DNA from: an uncultured Spirochaetaceae bacterium
Lineage (GTDB): Bacteria > Spirochaetota > Spirochaetia > Sphaerochaetales > Sphaerochaetaceae
Reading direction: 5' to 3'
DNA length: 64,000 bases
Assembly: GCA_964473245.1 (NCBI GenBank)
Contig: CAYYOL010000008.1
Span: forward strand, 1 to 64,000
Position numbers and translations under genes: made by a program. Every line of letters begins with the position of its first letter. Position 1 is the stretch's first letter. The notes under the pieces were generated by a model. It had not been told where the DNA came from, made no database searches, and saw only the letters and a list, made by a program, of their open reading frames with translations. Below, in pieces: positions 56,893 to 64,000 of this stretch.

Positions 56893-58902
56893 ATGGTAAT
56901 CGATGTAGTCTACAATATTTCACTTTTGCTCACGGTGGGTGTGATCTTCGCAGTATACCCTATGAAGCGGATGCGTCTCGATCGGGTGCATCGGGTCCTG
57001 GTTGGATTCATCATCGCTGCAGTGGGGTTGCTTATCATGTCTCGTCCTGCCGTGTTTGCCGAGGGGATCGTCTTTGATGGAAGATCGATTCTCCTTGGTA
57101 CGGTCGGCATGTTCTTCGGAGCCATACCTGTTTCGATCGCAGCAGTCTTTATGATCCCCTATCGAATCATGATGGGTGGTGATGGAGCGATCACCGGCGT
57201 TCTGGTTACTCTCTCTGCAAGCGCCATTGGGTCATACTGGCACTACCGTCGATTCAACACCTTCATAAAGCGAGGTCGCATCTCCCACCTCGAACTCTAT
57301 CTGGTTGGTCTCATAGTTCATGTCGTCATGATACTCAGCATGTTATTCTTTCCACGGGAGTTGTGGCGTTCTACCTTCCTGTACATGACCATTCCAGTTC
57401 TCGGTATCTATCCGCTCGGATTCTATCTCTTCTCCATGTTGCTCTATCGGCAACTGCATAGAGTCGTTATCACCGAGCAACTACAGCAGAGTGAACGGCG
57501 GTTCAAGTTGATGTTCGAACAGGCACCGATTGGGATCACCGTGACCGATTCTGTATCCGGCAAGGCTCTTGAGGTGAACAGGGCTTTCCTGGATATCATT
57601 CGTATGACCCGGGATGAGTTTGCCCAAGTCACCTGGATCGATATAACGCATCCTGACGATCTTGAAGACGATAAGATGATGATGAAGAGCCTGATTGCGA
57701 ATGAGATCGATTCCTACCACATGGATAAACGGTATCGTCGACCCGATGGATCGTATGTGTGGGCTCATATGGCGATCACCGCTATCAACTCGGAGACATC
57801 TGATGAGCCGTTGCATTTGTGCATGGTCATGGATATCACGGCGCGTAAGGAGATGGAATCGGCTATCCTCTGGGCGAATCGACACGATGTTCTCACCGGA
57901 ATTGAAAATCGACAGTCGTTCGAGGAGCAGATTGAAGTTTGCGACAAGGCTCGAAGGTATCCGTTGAGTGTGCTGATAGGGGATTTGAACGGTTTGAAGG
58001 TCGTGAACGATGCATTCGGAAGAGAGACAGGCGACGACCTGCTCATTGCAACGGCGAAGGTTTTGCAGCGGCATACAGAGCATCTAGGAGTCTGTGCTCG
58101 TATCGGTGGCGATGAATTTGGAATCATGCTCCCCGAGACAGAAGAGGATGCTGCGTGGCGCGTTGCAGAACAGTTGCAGGCTGCAATCGGTGAGTTGAGC
58201 GTTCGGGGAGTCCGGATGACTATGTCCTTCGGTGTTGCCACCAAACGTTCTCAGGGCGAGAGTCTGAACGAGATTTCGAAGCAAGCGGAGAATATGTTGA
58301 GCCGAAGTAAGCTCACCGAAAGTCCCAGCGCGCATAGCAGGGCGGTCCACACGATCATAAATACCCTTCATGAGAAGAATCGGAGAGAGGAGTTGCATTC
58401 CCGTAGAGTAAGTGTACTGAGTGTGCGCCTTGCCGAGGCAGCCAAGATGGGAGCGAAAGAGATCACCGAGATGCGCACCGCAGGACTGCTGCATGATATC
58501 GGGAAGATCGCAATCGACGAGGCAATCTTGAACAAAGTCGGAAAGCTTACCGCGCAAGAGTGGGAAGAGGTCAAACGACACCCCGAAACAGGGTGGCACA
58601 TCCTCGGTTCAGTCGGTGAATTGGGTGAACTTGCTACCTACGTACTATCACATCACGAGAGGATGGATGGAAAGGGGTACCCACGTGGACTGAAGGGAGA
58701 TGCTATTCCGATCCCTGCACGAATCATAGCCATAGCAGATGCATACGATGCGATGACAGCTGAGAGAACCTACCGCAAGACTATTTCCAATCGTGCAGCG
58801 GCAAGTGAGTTGAAACGGTGTGCAGGAACCCAATTCGATGCGGACCTTGCTCGACTGTTCGTCGAGCAGGTCCTCGATATGGAGTGGGATGCTTTGGATT
58901 AG
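56893..58902 (+). CDS. membrane (5TM LytS-like) - PAS - GGDEF - HD-GYP c-di-GMP signalling protein
   Basis: N-terminal 5-6 TM sensor module, PAS, GGDEF (RIGGDEFGIM), and HD-GYP (…HDIGKIAID…HHERMDGKGYPRGL…). Its C-terminal half is paralogous to the 53696-55996 product. Confidence 0.85.
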   Translation: MVIDVVYNISLLLTVGVIFAVYPMKRMRLDRVHRVLVGFIIAAVGLLIMSRPAVFAEGIVFDGRSILLGTVGMFFGAIPVSIAAVFMIPYRIMMGGDGAITGVLVTLSASAIGSYWHYRRFNTFIKRGRISHLELYLVGLIVHVVMILSMLFFPRELWRSTFLYMTIPVLGIYPLGFYLFSMLLYRQLHRVVITEQLQQSERRFKLMFEQAPIGITVTDSVSGKALEVNRAFLDIIRMTRDEFAQVTWIDITHPDDLEDDKMMMKSLIANEIDSYHMDKRYRRPDGSYVWAHMAITAINSETSDEPLHLCMVMDITARKEMESAILWANRHDVLTGIENRQSFEEQIEVCDKARRYPLSVLIGDLNGLKVVNDAFGRETGDDLLIATAKVLQRHTEHLGVCARIGGDEFGIMLPETEEDAAWRVAEQLQAAIGELSVRGVRMTMSFGVATKRSQGESLNEISKQAENMLSRSKLTESPSAHSRAVHTIINTLHEKNRREELHSRRVSVLSVRLAEAAKMGAKEITEMRTAGLLHDIGKIAIDEAILNKVGKLTAQEWEEVKRHPETGWHILGSVGELGELATYVLSHHERMDGKGYPRGLKGDAIPIPARIIAIADAYDAMTAERTYRKTISNRAAASELKRCAGTQFDADLARLFVEQVLDMEWDALD

Positions 58903-58911
58903 CCTCCCGGT

Positions 58912-59379
58912 TCAAGTCGCTGGTGCAACTTCGAGAATAGCAATAAGGTCCTCCGGTTCTAGGCGGTAGCTTGATCCTTTTCCCTCATAGAAGCCGTGGT
59001 CTCTCACGAAATGGATGTGCAGATCGGTATAAACCACTTCCCGTCCGAGCCGCTTGTTTACAACCGTGGTGTTCACTTTCTCATACATACCGGGTCCACC
59101 GAATGGTGAAGGGAGTTTTCCTCGAACCGAGTCCACGCGTACATCGAAATGATCATCGACTCCCATGAATTCTCCCAGCCCATCCAAACCAATGTCACGG
59201 AAGTATTGCATCCGTTCGGCAATCTGCTGGTGTGTGACCTCGGCACGACGGACGGTTGCGTCATCGGCATTGAGAATATCGATCAGCTTCCTGTTGTCAG
59301 TTCCCAGAAACCCTTCAAGGGTGATCACTCCGGGGGCCATTTGCCGTTGTATTGCATCGTAACCTGGTGTTTGTTTCAT
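58912..59379 (-). CDS. hypothetical soluble protein, co-oriented 20 bp downstream of nqrF
   Basis: 155-aa ORF with no recognisable motif and no TM segment. It is not ApbE-like or NqrM-like. Confidence 0.5.
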   Translation of the reverse strand: MKQTPGYDAIQRQMAPGVITLEGFLGTDNRKLIDILNADDATVRRAEVTHQQIAERMQYFRDIGLDGLGEFMGVDDHFDVRVDSVRGKLPSPFGGPGMYEKVNTTVVNKRLGREVVYTDLHIHFVRDHGFYEGKGSSYRLEPEDLIAILEVAPAT

Positions 59380-59399
59380 TATGCAACTCCTTTTTCCTA

Positions 59400-60503
59400 T
59401 CAGGCGAACTTGTCGAAGTAGATTCGTTCTTCCGGCATGCCAAGCTCTTTGAGCACTTTCACACAGGCATCTATCATGCCCGGACTTCCACAGAGATAGG
59501 CCTCTGCTTCAGATGCGTTCTCAGCCATCCGTTTGACGACATCGGTTATGAGTCCCGTCTCACCTGTCCAGTTGTCCTCGGGTTGCGGTTCGCTGAGCGC
59601 CGGGATGAACTTGAAGTCCTTCATTCGCTCTTCGAGTTCTTTCATTTCGTCTAACAGGAATAGATCCTTACCAGTTCGTGCTCCAAAAAAGTATCTTGCC
59701 GTCCTTGGACTCTCGTGTTCGGCCATGTCGAGCAATATTGACTTCAACGGAGCCATTCCCGATCCTCCTGCAATGCAAATGATGTCCCGATCGGTGTCTC
59801 GCAGAAAGAACTCTCCGTAGGGGCCATTCACCATGACCGTATCGCCCTCTTTCAGATGTTTATGGACATACGTCGTGCAGATACCGTTCGGAACGAGTCG
59901 TATCTCGAGTTCTATATGGTTGGTATCGCTCGGTACCGAGGCCATGGAGTAGGCTCGGTAGACCGGTTCATCGGTGAGCTCATACTCAGGGACCTGGAAC
60001 TGAATGAACTGACCGGCCTTCATTTCGATTTCGGGAGGATCTTCCAATTTGAGGCGCACCTCTTTGATATCGTGCGTAAGGTCTCGAATGCTCTCCACTG
60101 TGGTGGTGAACTGACGGACGGAGAAGAGTTCCTCGGGAATCTTGATTGCAACGTCGTTTTTGACCTTGAATTGACAGGAGAGTCGGATATTGTCGCTTCT
60201 CTCCTCCTCCGAGATCCAGGGGAGCTCTGTTGGCAGATAGTTTCCTCCACCTTCTAACACCTGCACCTTGCACAGCCCACAGGATCCTCTTCCACCACAG
60301 GCACTGGGAATGAAGACTCCCTCGTTGTTCAATGCCTTGAGCAGCGGCTGGCCCCCGAGTACCTCGAGTTCCTTCTTGTCGTTGATGGTAATCTTCACCA
60401 CACCGTAGTTTCCTACGGTTGCATCGGCGATCACCATGAGCAGGGCGAGCACGACGGCAATCAGGGTAATGATCAGTACGCTTATGAGTAGTGTTGCTAT
60501 CAT
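59400..60503 (-). CDS. nqrF: Na+-translocating NADH-quinone reductase subunit F-like (TM helix + 2Fe-2S ferredoxin + FAD/NAD(H) reductase)
   Basis: N-terminal TM helix, plant-type 2Fe-2S motif CGGRGSCGLCKV…C, FAD motif RAYSMAS, NAD motif GGSGMAP. Confidence 0.9.
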   Translation of the reverse strand: MIATLLISVLIITLIAVVLALLMVIADATVGNYGVVKITINDKKELEVLGGQPLLKALNNEGVFIPSACGGRGSCGLCKVQVLEGGGNYLPTELPWISEEERSDNIRLSCQFKVKNDVAIKIPEELFSVRQFTTTVESIRDLTHDIKEVRLKLEDPPEIEMKAGQFIQFQVPEYELTDEPVYRAYSMASVPSDTNHIELEIRLVPNGICTTYVHKHLKEGDTVMVNGPYGEFFLRDTDRDIICIAGGSGMAPLKSILLDMAEHESPRTARYFFGARTGKDLFLLDEMKELEERMKDFKFIPALSEPQPEDNWTGETGLITDVVKRMAENASEAEAYLCGSPGMIDACVKVLKELGMPEERIYFDKFA

Positions 60504-60512
60504 GTTTCCCTC

Positions 60513-61106
60513 CTAGGAGATGTTAATCATGCCGGTGAATCCCATAAAGGCCATGGCCATGAAGCCGGCGATAACGAGCGCTATACCCGCACCTTCAAGT
60601 CCGGGAGGAATCTTTGCTGTTCGCAACCGCTGTCTGATTCCTGCCATGGCAAGAATCGCGAGCAACCAGCCGAGTCCGCTTCCGAGACCGAAGAAGAAGC
60701 TGGTGATAAAGGAGTACTCCCGAATCACCATGAATAGCGAAACACCGAGGATGGCACAGTTTACGGTTATGAGCGGCAGGAATATACCGAGTGCGAAGTA
60801 GAGGCCTTCGCTGTACCGTTCGATTACCATCTCAATGAGTTGCACGAAGGCAGCAATCACTATGATGAATACGATAAATCGGAGGTATTCAAGCTGGAAT
60901 GGGACCAGAAGAAAGTGGTAGACCACCCAGTTGATTGCGGTAGTGACAGCGAGCACGAATGTCACGGCTATGCCGAGGCCTGCGGAAGTCTCCAGTTCTT
61001 TCGAAACGGAGAGGAAGGAGCACATGCCGAGATAGTTCGTCAGTAGAATGTTGTTGGTGAAGATCGCTGCAAAGAACACAGCTAATGGGAATAGAAACTC
61101 ACTCAT
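60513..61106 (-). CDS. nqrE: Nqr subunit E / RnfA-type membrane subunit
   Basis: MSEFLFPLAVFFAAIFTNNILLTNYLGMCSF… is the canonical NqrE/RnfA start. Trimmed from the 265-aa track ORF to the ATG preceded by GGAGGGAAG. Overlaps nqrD by 8 nt. Confidence 0.85.
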   Translation of the reverse strand: MSEFLFPLAVFFAAIFTNNILLTNYLGMCSFLSVSKELETSAGLGIAVTFVLAVTTAINWVVYHFLLVPFQLEYLRFIVFIIVIAAFVQLIEMVIERYSEGLYFALGIFLPLITVNCAILGVSLFMVIREYSFITSFFFGLGSGLGWLLAILAMAGIRQRLRTAKIPPGLEGAGIALVIAGFMAMAFMGFTGMINIS

Positions 61107-61710
61107 TGCTTCCCTCCTTGAAGAATGCTTCTCGGGCAATCCACATGAAAATGGCAAGCATGAAGAATCCGCCAGGAGGCATGACCATGATTGCCCAACC
61201 GGTCCACCAAGAACCGAGGATCTGGAATCCGAACAGTGTTCCCGTACCCAGCAGTTCGCGGAAGAATGCAATGACCAGCAGTACATAGGCGTAACCGATA
61301 CCGCTTGCAAAACCGTCGATCAGTGAAAGGCTAGGTTTGTTCTGCATGGCAAATGCCTCGATACGTCCCATGACGATGCAGTTTGTGATTATGAGACCGA
61401 CATAGGGTCCCAGTTGCCTCCACATATCAGGATAGAAGGCTTTTAGGACGATATCCACGATGATTACATAGGTTGCTATCACCATGGTCTCGACCATCAT
61501 ACGAATTCTCGATGGAATTGCTTTTCTCAGTAGCGAGATCGTCCAGCTGGAGAGTGCCAAGGTGAAAATGACGCCGAGGCTCATGACCACTGTGTTGTCC
61601 AGCTTGTTCGTAACCGCCAGTGTTGAACAGATTCCGAGAATCTGCGCAAATACTGGATTATCTTTCCCCAACGGGGCCAAAAATGTTTTCTTAACCATTC
61701 CCGGTGCCAT
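61099..61710 (-). CDS. nqrD: Nqr subunit D / RnfE-type membrane subunit
   Basis: 203-aa ORF. …NPVFAQILGICSTLAVT… is typical of NqrD/RnfE. Confidence 0.85.
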   Translation of the reverse strand: MAPGMVKKTFLAPLGKDNPVFAQILGICSTLAVTNKLDNTVVMSLGVIFTLALSSWTISLLRKAIPSRIRMMVETMVIATYVIIVDIVLKAFYPDMWRQLGPYVGLIITNCIVMGRIEAFAMQNKPSLSLIDGFASGIGYAYVLLVIAFFRELLGTGTLFGFQILGSWWTGWAIMVMPPGGFFMLAIFMWIAREAFFKEGSNE

Positions 61711-61711
61711 A

Positions 61712-62305
61712 TTACTGCCCCCTTGCTATCGAGTCGCTCTCGGCGACGGCTCTGTTTATTATGTCTCTGAATGCTTCACTGGTACGTGTAGCACCTGTTA
61801 TGGCATCCATTTCATCATCTGCCTCGCTGGTTCCTTCTTCCACCATGCGGAAGGGGCCTTGTCTACCGATGAACTGTCCGGTGAACCAGGCCTCTTCGAT
61901 GCGAGCTCCCAATCCCGGTGTCTCGTTCTGGCTTACAATCGATACACCACTGAGCGTGGTGAGATCATCTTCAAAGCCGACCATGACGGTGATCGGTCCC
62001 CATAATCCTGGACCTATGATCTGACGAACGTAGCGGAGCGAGCCATCCGGCCGTTCCACATGATAGATGTCCTGCTGTACGGACACACCATCTTCGAAGA
62101 GTGCAGCCACCGATGCAGGTTGCCCATCGTGATCTACCCCTGCAGCGTCGAGCACACTTCTCCAGACGAAGAACTGTTCATTCGTCTGCACCCGTTCGAG
62201 CGTGGTCAAATGGAGCGTCGCTGTGACAAGGATGCACGCGATGGATACGAGTGCCATGACCACAATCGGGTGAATTCTTCTCGTGTAGAAACTCTGAGTC
62301 TTCAT
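61712..62305 (-). CDS. nqrC: Nqr subunit C / RnfG-type FMN-binding subunit
   Basis: N-terminal TM anchor and an FMN_bind domain with the covalent-flavinylation motif DAITGATRTS near the C-terminus. At 197 aa it is RnfG-sized. Confidence 0.8.
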   Translation of the reverse strand: MKTQSFYTRRIHPIVVMALVSIACILVTATLHLTTLERVQTNEQFFVWRSVLDAAGVDHDGQPASVAALFEDGVSVQQDIYHVERPDGSLRYVRQIIGPGLWGPITVMVGFEDDLTTLSGVSIVSQNETPGLGARIEEAWFTGQFIGRQGPFRMVEEGTSEADDEMDAITGATRTSEAFRDIINRAVAESDSIARGQ

Positions 62306-63282
62306 GCAGCACCCCCTGCCTGAGCCTTTGCCTTCGCTTTCCGTTTCGCCTTCATCTGCTTGAAATAGTGATCGAACAGTGGTCCGAACATATTCACCAG
62401 CAGGATTGCGAATGTAACTCCTTCGGCCCAGTTAGCGAACACTCGGATAACTACGGTGAGCAGGCCGAACAAAGCCCCATACACCCATCTGCCGATATCG
62501 GTTGACTGTGACGATGAGATCGGATCTGTGACCATGAAGAAAGCACCGAGGAGAAAGCTACCGCTGAGAAGTGCATACAACGGGTCGGATGCATTCGGGT
62601 TTCCTCCGAGCCAGAGTATGGTCTGCAGAACGAGGAATCCTAGAATGGATCCTGCGACTATCTTCCAGTTTGCTGCCTTCTTGTAGATGATCCAAGCTCC
62701 ACCGAGCACGATAAGAAGTGCAGAGGTTTCACCGAACGAGCCACTGACCGTTCCGAGTAGGAGTTCTAGATACGAAGCAGATCCGGTTGCCATTGAAGTT
62801 GCGGCAGAGACACTGTCTGCAGTTGTTAGCCAGGTTCCAAAGCCCGCGGGGAACCAGTTCAAGGTGCTCTGTGGGAGCAGAAATCGTGCTGTGAGGGGAA
62901 CTCCGAAGCTGATATAGACAAAAGCACGAGCGGTGATCGCGGGGTTGAAAACGTTCTTTCCGAATCCCCCGAACACCATTTTCCCGAACACGATTCCGAA
63001 TGCGATTCCAACTGCAGCTATCCAGAGTGGAACGCCTGGTGGTAAGGAGAGTGCGAAGAGCACGCACGAAACGAAGACCGACTCGGTAACTTTCAGCTTG
63101 TACCGTCTCGCCATGAGCCACTCGCTCAATAGTCCCGATGCCACCACTACCGAGAGGACGGCTAGGAAGCGCCACCCATACAGGTAGATGGATGCAAGAC
63201 ACAATGGAGATAATGCGAACAGGACATTTCGCATTACCTGTTGTTTTTGGATGTTCACGATTTCCTCCCTGATTTTCTCCAT
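62302..63282 (-). CDS. nqrB: Nqr subunit B / RnfD-type membrane subunit (RnfD-sized, with a Lys/Ala-rich C-terminal tail)
   Basis: Polytopic NQR2/RnfD/RnfE-family protein of 326 aa. It ends …KQMKAKRKAKAKAQAGGAA. Start uncertain: ATG at 63282 has no ribosome-binding site, while GTG at 63258 is preceded by AGGGAGG. Confidence 0.8.
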   Translation of the reverse strand: MEKIREEIVNIQKQQVMRNVLFALSPLCLASIYLYGWRFLAVLSVVVASGLLSEWLMARRYKLKVTESVFVSCVLFALSLPPGVPLWIAAVGIAFGIVFGKMVFGGFGKNVFNPAITARAFVYISFGVPLTARFLLPQSTLNWFPAGFGTWLTTADSVSAATSMATGSASYLELLLGTVSGSFGETSALLIVLGGAWIIYKKAANWKIVAGSILGFLVLQTILWLGGNPNASDPLYALLSGSFLLGAFFMVTDPISSSQSTDIGRWVYGALFGLLTVVIRVFANWAEGVTFAILLVNMFGPLFDHYFKQMKAKRKAKAKAQAGGAA

Positions 63283-63329
63283 TGTACAGCATTTTATGGA
63301 ATCTGTAAAAATTTTAACACGAGTTTTTT

Positions 63330-64000
63330 CTATCGAAACACCTCTTTTAACGGATATAGGGTGTCTACCTCAAGATGATACGCTCCGTTGTCACAGTGAA
63401 CGAGGCCACGAATGCATAATGGACGTTGTCCGTACAGCAGTTTTCGGTACCGTTCATGCACTTGTGGGAAGAGGACCGTCTCGAACAGTGCACTTTCATC
63501 CTCAAACGAGATGAAATCCATGGGGAGTCCCTGTTTGGTCCATATGGTCTTGCGTGTGATAGGCCAACCAACGACGGTGATCAACTTTCCCACATATGAG
63601 GAGAGTTGAGCTCCCCGTATGCGATGAATCCGTGCAATCTGATGTGCCCAGAGCATGAGCGGGTGGTGGTCGCGAAGAAATCCGAGCGTCTCGAATTCGA
63701 TCATGAGTTCCTGTTCTGTTCTCCTCTGTCTACCGCTCAGGGCAAGGTGATTGCTTCTCTGGCTCTCCATACGTGGTTCCTGGTCGAAAAGCAACCCTTG
63801 TTCAGCGTTCGTTGAAGTCTTATATCCTGACATGAGTATAGTACGAAGCTGTACACTTCTGGGAAGATTCCCTGCGAGAGAGTCGCAGGCGCCTGCTGCA
63901 ACGAGAGCCACCCAATCGTCTCGGTTCAGCTGTAGCCGTGTTGAGCACGTCTCGAGTGAGACAAATGGCCCCCATTGTTTCCGATTTTCGACAATTTCCT
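63330..64000 (-). CDS. C-terminal part of a DnaE-type (error-prone DnaE2/ImuC-like) DNA polymerase III alpha subunit, continuing beyond the window
   Basis: …EQELMIEFETLGFLRDHHPLMLW…GKLITVVGWPITRKTIWTKQGLPMDFISFEDESALFETVLFPQVHERY… matches the conserved C-terminal OB-fold region of DnaE/DnaE2. The reading frame stays open to the window edge. Confidence 0.5.
   Translation of the reverse strand, partial: EIVENRKQWGPFVSLETCSTRLQLNRDDWVALVAAGACDSLAGNLPRSVQLRTILMSGYKTSTNAEQGLLFDQEPRMESQRSNHLALSGRQRRTEQELMIEFETLGFLRDHHPLMLWAHQIARIHRIRGAQLSSYVGKLITVVGWPITRKTIWTKQGLPMDFISFEDESALFETVLFPQVHERYRKLLYGQRPLCIRGLVHCDNGAYHLEVDTLYPLKEVFR

Noticed and set aside
57481-58599. Cluster of minus-strand ORFs of 159-200 aa (57481-58083, 57765-58244, 58084-58599)
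   Set aside because: All are antisense to the well-supported membrane-PAS-GGDEF-HD-GYP gene. They are shadow ORFs.
63283-63329. Expected nqrA or rnfC gene upstream of the nqrB-like gene
   Set aside because: Only 47 bp separate nqrB from the DnaE-like gene, so no such gene is encoded here. The absence is reported as a finding and was not assumed to be an annotation gap.
1-64000. CRISPR arrays, IS elements/transposases, integrases, rRNA genes
   Set aside because: No regularly spaced short direct repeats, no DDE or tyrosine-recombinase-like ORFs, and no rRNA-like conserved stretches were seen on either strand.

Overview
This 64-kb window is a gene-dense chromosomal stretch from an anaerobic, fermentative bacterium of about 50% GC. 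The gene content (TRAP transporters, sugar-acid catabolism, many c-di-GMP proteins, a ferredoxin-linked 2-oxoacid oxidoreductase with Buk/Ptb, an Nqr-type complex) is compatible with a Spirochaetes-like organism, but that is inference only. I called about 60 coding regions. Housekeeping and catabolic content: a Gfo/Idh/MocA oxidoreductase, a cupin, two DUF438/PAS paralogs (one with its DUF1858 partner), a LacI-controlled TRAP (DctPQM) + FAD-flavoprotein + OYE-reductase locus, a Zn-ADH + IlvD/EDD-family dehydratase pair, a hexuronate/KDG module (uxaC, kdgR, kdgK, eda), pgl-zwf, an acyl-CoA ligase, a ferredoxin + KorA + KorB/gamma fusion + Buk + Ptb operon, and four multidomain c-di-GMP proteins (one degenerate-GGDEF/EAL protein; three tandem PAS-GGDEF genes, two of them with HD-GYP). 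The features I find most worth follow-up: (1) an eight-gene minus-strand envelope operon (YtrA-type GntR regulator - unusual multi-TM SPFH protein - LolC/D/E-like permease-ATPase-permease triplet - third FtsX permease - LolA-like protein - C-terminal-Phe beta-barrel OMP); (2) an Nqr/Rnf hybrid operon with no NqrA/RnfC gene between the nqrB homologue and the upstream DnaE-type polymerase fragment, an RnfD-sized B subunit, a true NqrF, and an unknown 155-aa gene where apbE/nqrM usually sit; (3) a roughly 3.3-kb AT-richer islet carrying a decayed RelE/ParD toxin-antitoxin pair, an archaeal-type ATPase (DUF234) and a frameshifted GNAT gene, bracketed by a 47-bp direct repeat derived from the neighbouring yjbQ gene; (4) an orphan tRNA 3' fragment in a long intergenic region. 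I saw no CRISPR array, transposase, integrase or rRNA. All coordinates come from manual reading; tRNAscan-SE, Infernal and domain searches are needed to confirm.
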